Source: Eledone cirrhosa
Taxonomy: Eukaryota
DNA length: 64,000 nt
NCBI GenBank assembly: GCA_964016885.1
Contig: OZ024741.1
Coordinates: 360,530,001-360,594,000 of the forward strand
Reading direction: 5' to 3'
Shown here one piece after another: positions 55,405-64,000 of this stretch. Position numbers and translations under genes: made by a program. The notes below the pieces were generated by a model, which ran no database searches, was not told the DNA's origin, and worked only from the letters and a program-made list of their open reading frames with translations. Within the stretch, counting starts at the first letter, position 1. Each line of letters begins with the position of its first letter.

Positions 55405-55722
55405 TAAAAGAGTTGAAGTCTGTATTGCAGCATACATACAAACGTTATTTACATATTACAATTGATTTGATATTGAGCAGCTCAGGGCACAATCAAGGTG
55501 ATGGAGCCTGACTGTTTTTCGACATCTCATCAGATATGTGAACTTATATGTGCAAAGACACATCTAAACTGTTTAGATGTGTGTGTCTTCTCACATATCT
55601 GATGAGATGTCGAAAAACAGTCTGGCTCCATCTCCTTGATTGTACCCTGAACTGATCAATATCAAAACAATTGTAATATGTAAGTGACGTTTGTATGTAT
55701 GCTGCAATACAGACTTTGACTC

Positions 55723-55727
<5 letters not shown>
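55405..55727. mobile_element. ~320-bp fold-back element with a minimal hammerhead-like core in each arm
   Basis: Arms are reverse-complementary. CUGAUGA-GAUGUC-GAAA-AACAG-UC at 55599-55622 (+) and 55510-55533 (-). Stems I and III are weak. Confidence 0.65.
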
Positions 55728-55729
<2 letters not shown>

Positions 55730-55778
<49 letters not shown>

Positions 55779-55809
55779 ATGTGTGTGTATATATATGTGT
55801 GTGTGTGTA

Positions 55810-55860
<51 letters not shown>

Positions 55861-55891
55861 ATGTGTGTGTATATATATGTGTGTGTGTGTA

Positions 55892-55936
<45 letters not shown>

Positions 55937-56135
55937 ATATATCTATATATGTGTGTGTGTGTGTATATATCTATATATGTGTGTGTGTGTGTATATATCT
56001 ATATATGTGTGTGTGTGTGTATATATCTATATATGTGTGTGTGTGTGTATATATATATATGTGTGTGTGTGTGTATATATATATATGTGTGTGTGTGTAT
56101 ATATATATATATGTGTGTGTGTATATATATATATA

Positions 56136-56200
<65 letters not shown>

Positions 56201-56240
56201 AATGGCATGCTGTGTTGTTGCAAATGTGATATACATATGT

Positions 56241-56288
<48 letters not shown>
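55730..56288. repeat. Compound (TA)n/(TG)n microsatellite
   Basis: Read directly from the sequence. Confidence 0.95.
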
Positions 56289-56290
<2 letters not shown>

Positions 56291-56457
56291 ATGTTTAATA
56301 TAGAAATGGCTTCTACAGGACTATAACTGTTTCATTCAAAATAAATCATTATGAAACAGTTCTTGTCCTGTAGAAGCCATTTCTATATTAAACATTATGT
56401 TTACACTTGACTAATGTGATCTACTGTAGTCACACCCAATTGAACCCAGGACTCACA
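56291..56457. repeat. Fold-back hairpin (56291-56395), same family as 22284-22440
   Basis: atgtttaatatagaaatggcttctacaggac / gtcctgtagaagccatttctatattaaacat, plus the shared tail cccaattgaaccc. Confidence 0.8.
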
Positions 56458-56549
56458 TATATATACATATATGTCTATATATTATATGTATGTGTCTGCG
56501 TGTGTATATATATATATATATATATATTTATTTATTTATTTATTATAAG

Positions 56550-56634
56550 AACAGATTAAAGTTTAAGCAAAGAATCGCTGCTTTCACTCTTAACGGGTGA
56601 AAGCAGCGATTCTTTGCTTAAACTTTAATCTGTT
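56550..56634. repeat. Fold-back hairpin; single-arm copy at 30563-30630
   Basis: aacagattaaagtttaagcaaagaatcgctgctttcac-tcttaacgg-gtgaaagcagcgattctttgcttaaactttaatctgtt. Confidence 0.85.
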
Positions 56635-57191
56635 ATTTTAATAAATATTTGCTCTATGGGTTTATATATATATATTTTATTTATATATATATATAATCCT
56701 TATCGAGCCCTCATCGGATTTTAGTCTTCACTCTTATTATTACTATATATATATATATATGTGTGTGTGTGTCTGTGTGTGTGTGTATAAACATATATAA
56801 ATATACATATATATATAAGTTGGGGGGTTTGTTGGAGTTATATTCTTTGCTTGTTAAATTTTAAACCCTCCTATAAAGGGAGTGTTTGTTTACTAATTTC
56901 ATGAATAATCTCATTAATTTCAGCTAATCAACATTATTCAGTTCTCTATATAAATACATATATCAGACCCTACCATATGTGCGTGTATATAAATATGTAT
57001 GTGCCAAGTGTGTGTGGGTAAGAACATACACACACACACACAAACATATACACAAGGAATGAATATATATTCTTGCAATGAGTCAATTAGAAATTTCTTT
57101 AACTCTTTTGTTACTATATTTAATAACGAAAGACACTGCCTATGATTTTCAATTACTTTTGAAAATAATCAAGAATTTAGAGGGATTTAAT

Positions 57192-57411
57192 AATAGTTTC
57201 TACTTTAGGCACAAGGCCAGCATTTTAAAGGGGAGGGGAAAGTCGATTAAATCGACCCCAGTGTATTACTGGGACTTTATTTTATCGACCTCGTAAGGAT
57301 GAAAGGCAAAGCTAACCTTGGCGGGATTTGAACTCAGAACGTAAAGAGCCATAACTCTATACTGTGAAGCATGGTGTCCAACGCTCAATCCATACTGCCA
57401 ATCCACCAACC
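57192..57411 (-). mobile_element. Family A SINE (long variant) nested in a piggyBac-like MITE (~57099-57598)
   Basis: SINE core on the minus strand with duplicated flank taga(g/a)ggatttaataata. Outer termini ttaactcttttg...caagaggtttaa. Confidence 0.75.
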
Positions 57412-57866
57412 TAGAAGGATTTAATAATATAACTAACTTTCTTATCATCAAGCTGGTGTTCGGAACATAGCTTAAATATGGTTCTTTCATAAATTTGTGA
57501 TGGAAGATTTGTTGATAAATATAAACACTTTAGAACAAAACAGCTTTGTGTTGTGAAATCACGAACTGATTCAGGTGGTTTGGTATCAAGAGGTTTAATA
57601 TTTTCTTCTTTTCATATTTTCTCCTAAAATTAAAGTTTTTAGAATTTTTCTTGTTCTTAATCTACTCTGTTGTACAAATTCTTTATCAATATAATTTGAT
57701 GGTCTCTGATATTTATATTGACAGGAATTAGATATGGGCATCAATATAAGACAATCTTTTCAAAATCTATGAGAAGTTCCCAAAGTGATCAATATAAATC
57801 CCCAGGAGTTAATTACATTTTTGAGACAAAACCTGATATTTGTATAAGGAATGAAAATATATGAAA

Positions 57867-58065
57867 TAATTGTTTCTACTTTAGGCACAAGGCCAGCAAT
57901 TTGGGGGGAAGGAAAAATTGATTAAATTGCATTACTGGTACTTTATTTTATCGACCCCTTAAGGATGAAAGGCAAAGCTAACCTTGGCTGGATTTGAACT
58001 CATAACGTAAAGATGCTGCAAAGCATGTTGTCCGACACTCTACTGATTCTGCCAACCCACCACCC
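57867..58065 (-). mobile_element. Family A SINE
   Basis: Core, B box and head on the minus strand. Confidence 0.8.
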
Positions 58066-58977
58066 TTAAATATATAAAACAATACAATAAAATGCAACTT
58101 GTTTATACAGGTTTCTGATATGTATATAATTACTCTTTATTGTCTATTTATTTTATATTATATTCTGTTTACTGATTTATTTATTTATTTGTTTCTTTTA
58201 TTTATTTATTTACTTATTTTATTTTGTACCTGCCTGGGGTTGATGAGGGGTCAATGTTTGCAAGAAAGGAGCAATGGTCTAAAAAGTTGGGGCAGTCCTG
58301 CTTTAAGCTTTATCTCAAGAATTTTCATTAGTTGAATTCTGTCAAAAACTGTTAGCATTCATATCTTTAAATATATATTTATGATTTTAAAATAAAAGAA
58401 ACAAACCTCCAATACATATAATCATACACTCCTTTGATTTGTTTTAATTACAGGTATTTGTTTGGTACACAGACAGAAAATACCATTACAAATTATATTT
58501 AACTTTCATCTGAAGTTAATTTTTATTTTTTCCTCAAACACTGCAACAGAGAAAATATATCTTGAATTATTAAATGAAACATTGCAATAGATTTACACAC
58601 TAACATACACACACATATATATACACACAAATACCTACATATATACACACACATAGACACATGTGTATATATATATATATACACACACACACAAAAACAA
58701 GATAGTGTAAGACAGAACAAAGGAGAGACAAAATAATAACAAAAGTAGTCACTGAGGAGGTCACAGAATGTGATGAAAGAGCTTTGATGACAATCAACAA
58801 CTAAACAATCATTCAGTTATTAAACTAACCGACTGGGAAATTATAATAATAAATTGAAGTGAAATCCAACAGATGTGTGTATTTTTTATTGGCAGCATGA
58901 CCTTCCCAATGTCTAACAATAACTCTTTCAACATGTTTTCAGATAAAACATATTGCAAACCAAATACAAAAACAAAG

Positions 58978-59087
<110 letters not shown>

Positions 59088-59619
59088 GAAGTTGCAAATA
59101 GCACGGAAAATATATTTTAGGGTCTGTTTTGTTTTTTTATCCTTTCTTTGATTCTTTTTCAATAATGTCACTTTGACGAATCAAAGAAAGGATAAAAAAA
59201 GAAAAACAGATCCTTAAATATATTTTCCATGCTATTTCCAACTTCACCTTGTCTCTATATCCACTGTTTTGTATAGAACCTTACTTCCCTTTTCTAATAT
59301 ATATATATATACATATATAATGAATTTGTAGTTTACTTAAAGCACAATTTTATTTATTTTCCATCCAAACCCGCATTGTTGTGGCTTTCAAACTTCGAAT
59401 TATATATATATGTATATATTCTCACTGAAGTCTATATTTTTCTTGGTGCAATACTTGCTTATATATTCACACATGCTTGTTTATGGGGTTGTGAAATAAA
59501 CACACTAATCTTGCAATGAATTATGGACTTATAAATAGTATATAGCGTCAATCTAATGTTAACTTTGACTGTTTTGATAACATCTGCAGAACTTCAAAGT
59601 ACTTACCATTAATAACCAT

Positions 59620-59655
<36 letters not shown>

Positions 59656-60034
59656 ATGGTCTAACCCATGCTAGCATGGAAGAACGGATGTAAAGCGGTG
59701 ATGATGATGATGATGATGATAAGGCTGGTGCCACAATAAAATACACCCAGTCTGCACTATAAAGCGACAGTGTTGGTGCCATCATAAAAAGCCACCAGTT
59801 AAACCTGTAAAGTGGTAGTACTGTGCTGTAAAAAAATGGTATAAACTGGTAAGCATTAGGAAAGGCATCCAGCCATAGAAACCATGACAAAAATGGAAGA
59901 TATGAGCTGGAGGTAGCCACCAGACTGGTCTAACCACAGAACATGATAACCTATGCAAGCTTTGAAAATAGAAGTTAAATGATGATGATGATGATGATGA
60001 TGATATATATATATATATATGAAAATATTATATG

Positions 60035-60275
60035 AATTCTTTCATATTACCTACTCTACTACTCCAAGTATTGAGTACTCTGGTGAGTATTCGGTCTAAC
60101 TGGTTTTTACCACCACCATTCTGATATATATATATGAAAAGATTCAGGACCCCAACTGCCGGAACTCAGCCATTGGGGTCCTGAATCTTTTCATATTACG
60201 CATTCTACTACCCCAAGTATTGAGAACTCTGGTGGGTTATGGCCCATCTGGTTTTTTACCACACCCTATCTGATA
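60035..60275 (+). repeat. Two tandem copies of the family seen at 8863-9064, with an internal fold-back (60132-60196)
   Basis: tctactac(t/c)ccaagtattgag(t/a)actctggtg occurs twice. Hairpin tatgaaaagattcaggaccccaa / ttggggtcctgaatcttttcata. Confidence 0.75.
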
Positions 60276-60283
60276 TATATATT

Positions 60284-60353
<70 letters not shown>

Positions 60354-60378
60354 TAAATAAGAAACAGCTATCCCTGTA

Positions 60379-61018
60379 TTAAAAACATGACTGTGTTCAA
60401 GGTTGACTTTTTTTTATTTTTTTTTTTTATTAAACATTATTATTTCTTTGTGTTTGGTTTGGAACATTAGCATTCCTAAATCCATAAGACTATTCAAGTT
60501 TTGAAACTTTCATAGCCTTATCTTAAAGAATAGAGATGATGGTAATAATGGTTTGTCCTTCGGGCACTTTGAAATGGTTACAAGGGATTATGGGAGTAAA
60601 ATCTTCAACACTGGATTTAAATAATTATTCAATAGTTTATAATAATTAATTTTACGGTTTAAGGTTTAAGGTTTATAATAATTAATTTTACAGTTTTTAA
60701 GGTTTATAATAATTAATTTTACATATACAAACCAAAAATAAACCGACAGATACATGATAATGATGATGACTTACCATGACTTAACTCTTAAATGATTGTT
60801 TTAAATTTGGTGTTGAAGATTTTACTAATACTCCCACAATCTTTTGATACTACAGTGAAGCATGCAAACAACACACCATTATCACCCTCACGCTTATTCT
60901 TGAAGATGTGGCTGTGATTTAAGAATTCTAGTGTTCCAAACCAAACATAGATCTGATTTTAAAAATATGAAAAAACCTTAATAAAAATGATCAAACTTCA
61001 GCATAGTCATATTTTTAA
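60379..61018. repeat. Old ~640-bp imperfect inverted repeat
   Basis: Colinear paired blocks: tgtttggtttggaaca/tgttccaaaccaaaca, agtaaaatcttcaacac/gtgttgaagattttact, catgactgtgtt/agcatagtcata. Confidence 0.8.
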
Positions 61019-63344
61019 CACACACAAAGACACAAACATTTTATGAGTAACGCACACAAAAACAACAAACAAAATAAAATGATAATAGTAACAGATTTGG
61101 ATTAAATTGACAAATCTATTGTTTTTATTTCATTTATCTGGAATTCAAAAAATATATTTTATCGTGACCAATATCTCAACTTTTTTAAGAGTATAAACTT
61201 AATAAACTAGTAAGAATAAACATTTTTGGAAGTAATAAGACATTTGTAGCAAACTAGAATGGGATTTACTTTGTCAAACTATGAAATCTTCACAAAAAGG
61301 TTTGCAATATTTCAAAAGAACAAATTATTTTTTCAAAATAAACAAAGTATTTTTTTAAATGTTTTTCTTTTTATCAAATTTAATTAAACCCATCACAGTT
61401 AAGAGATATAAATTACAGTATATACTCATCTATAAGTAACACCTTCATTATGGCATTTACACTGTACCCTATCATTATCTTTCAAAAGCTGGGTCAGATG
61501 GTGCTACAAAACTGGCTCAGCCACTTTTGAATGTGGTGAAACAAACCAGACTATGGAGGAGCCCTTCCTTTTCTGTTCTCTGTTACCCAACCCATGCAGA
61601 TCTTGTAGATTTCAATGAAAATGCAAAGAGTTGTGTGGAAAGAGAGAAAGCTGTTGCATGACCATCATACTTGCTTCAAAGAAATAATTTTTAAAAAAAT
61701 TAAAAAAAGAATATACCATATATTTTGAATTCAAGTTTTGTAGGTTCAGTAAATAAGTTACAGATTTATTTTTCACATAGTATTTTCACAGGAAAAAGAT
61801 GCAACTTATACATGAGTATATACGGTATATGGAGTTTGGGAGACAGAAACCAAAACTTTTCTGCCCACCCCAAAGATAGCTTTGGAATTGACAAAACAAA
61901 ATTATAAATTATCTGTTATACTTTATATAATTCAAGTTGTAAAGATGGCAAGGGCCAGAATGAGAACATTGGCTGAATTCTGAATTTTTACATATTTCAA
62001 ATTTCAAGACATTTCTAGAAGACTCCAAACACTTGACAGCAATTAACTTTATAACATCAATTAAATAAATAAACTTAGCATCATTGACAACAAAAAAAAA
62101 AAACATAAGCTTCTTTGTATAATTTATTAAATAAGGAATGGAAGTCAGTATATATATCTTATCAGTCAAGCAGACTAATAATTTAGGAAAACTGGAGCAT
62201 TGTAAGGTATGCAGCTATTTTAAAAGATGGAAGTGGCATAGCTCACAATTCAACATTTTATTAATGCATCAAAGTATAAAAGTGTGGAATTATGGTTTGT
62301 TGAGATCACATGAGGTCTTGGATTAGTTGAAATTACCTCATTTATGCTTCAGCTGTCAAAAAATGTTCATACTTATTTAATGGAAAATTATGGAATGTTT
62401 TAGAAGACAATAAACACAACAAAGTTATAATATAAATATTTAACATTGATTTTTTTTTTAACGTTTTTTTTTTGTTTTTTGTTTGTTTTTGTTTTCTCAT
62501 ATGAGACTCAGTAACATTACTCATCTGTATGTAGTATACAGAAATGTTATGTAGTTTTAGTTTCATGCAAGTATAGAAAATACAAAATTATGTCAAACTC
62601 ATGAAATTTCAATGTACAAAGATCCACTGCAAAGTTAATAACAAATACAGCTTTATATTTATATTTTACATCTATTTTATAATATATATACACACATTTT
62701 CAATGAAGTTAACTTTCTCAGACTGAGTCTTTTTATGTCACTTTGAGAAAGTCCATATTTTGTGTCAGCTTTTTAAATGGGAGCTTATCAGAAGTTGCTG
62801 TTGACTCAAGTAATGAACCATTGAGAAAAACAAAGGACAATTTTACATATTTTTTTTAAATTTGTCACTTGAAAGCTCATCAAACATTAAAAATGTCAAT
62901 TGCAATTAATCTAATTAACTTGTTTCTGTGGGAAACCAGATATAACTACATTTACTAATGACATACTTTTAATTTATACATTGAATTTGTTCTAGGCAAG
63001 AATGAATGTATTTATTTCCTGAAAAATATTGATTTTTTTTTCAAAATAAATAAAATTAACAACAGTGTTCCAGCATGGCCACAGCCTGTGGGCTGAAACA
63101 AGTACAAGAGTAAAAGAATAAATAAATGAATAAAATAATTAAGTTGGAAATCAATATATTTTCTATTTTACAAATGATCACCAACAAATTGCTATTTCAG
63201 ACAAATTCATTTTTCTCTGAATTAGTACATAATTTAGACCTTTAATTAAATCACAGAAATTTTTTTCAAACCAGCTATTAAATATATGTACACAAGTCTT
63301 TGAAAAAAAATGCATGGATAAATAAATTGTTGATTTTCTGCTGC

Positions 63345-63914
63345 TGTGTCAGATTGTTGGTGTCATTCGCCTGATCAAGATCAGTTTCCAGGGCCCACCA
63401 CAAGGTCGACAGACTTGGGCCTCAATTGACCCAAGTCATCTGCTCTATGACATAGCTGAGGATTCTCAGCTAGTGGGCCAACATCTCTTGGTGTCACACC
63501 ACCCTTTCTCTTGTGCCATAACAAAGCTGTGAGATTCATTTCAGTATGCTTCAGATGTGGAGAGCTAGCTGGCAACAGACATTTTGACCCACCCAACTGA
63601 ATATCAATCCCAATACAACCCTCCCACCAGGCACTAACCTCTTTTGGAGGAAGTGGTGTTCCTGAATTGGCTATGCACAGGTGTCAGCTGATTCAATGCA
63701 ACCATGATACACTGGCGGCTGCAACCAGCAGCAGCTTGTGAGTGCGGCTCACCAGAGCAGACTACAAAACATATACTAAGTGAGTCCCTGGATCTCCCCC
63801 GGCCTGGAGTGTGGACATCACACACTCTAATCCCACTACTGTGAGGTAGTTACAACGCAGGACATCACACATCACATAATCACAGTGCAGCATCTCAAAC
63901 GCAAGAAGAAGAAG
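63345..63914 (+). mobile_element. Vingi/Ingi-type LINE 3' fragment, degenerate
   Basis: PPGTNL..KW.FLNWLCTGVS*FNATMIHWRLQPAAACECGSPEQTTKHILSE (C-terminal zinc-finger region) followed by a (GAA)n tail. Confidence 0.7.
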
Positions 63915-64000
63915 TCTGTGAAATTTGTGATATTCTTTCATTCTTTTACTGGTTTTAGTCATAAGGCTATGGCCAAGCTAGGGCATTAGCAGGGAAAGTG

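Noticed and set aside
53408-58502. Candidate micro-exons 53408-53439 (FTLIHAKSRY) and 58454-58502 (YLFGTQTENTITNYI*) that join in phase
   Set aside because: Splice sites are plausible, but the peptides are short and unrecognised, and chance matches are likely in AT-rich DNA. RNA-seq would be needed.

Overview
This is eukaryotic, very AT-rich, repeat-dominated genomic DNA. The tRNA-derived SINE families and the dense (TA)n/(CA)n microsatellites look like an octopus or other coleoid cephalopod; this is inferred from recalled family appearance, not from a search. Almost all short ORFs in the track are microsatellite noise. The window holds: (1) a ~10 kb degenerate (TA)n tract; (2) a near full-length Tx1/L1-clade LINE (34761-40460) with a frameshifted ORF1 and an ORF2 broken only by two in-frame stops; (3) two convergent CRE-clade (RLE) retrotransposon fragments; (4) RTE, CR1 and Vingi/Ingi LINE fragments, many SINEs and several MITE/Helitron-like pieces; (5) a 200-N scaffold gap; (6) one probable host coding exon (25708-26358, minus). 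The most striking signal not explained by the ORF track is a series of short non-coding elements from several distinct families. They carry type I hammerhead-ribozyme cores (CUGANGA-stem II-GAAA-palindromic stem III-UH), mostly abut (TA)n tracts, and are often folded back into inverted repeats whose apex falls on one of the element's own hairpins. They are best read as Penelope-like-element pseudo-LTR or retrozyme-like fold-back insertions. All alignments and folds were done by eye.
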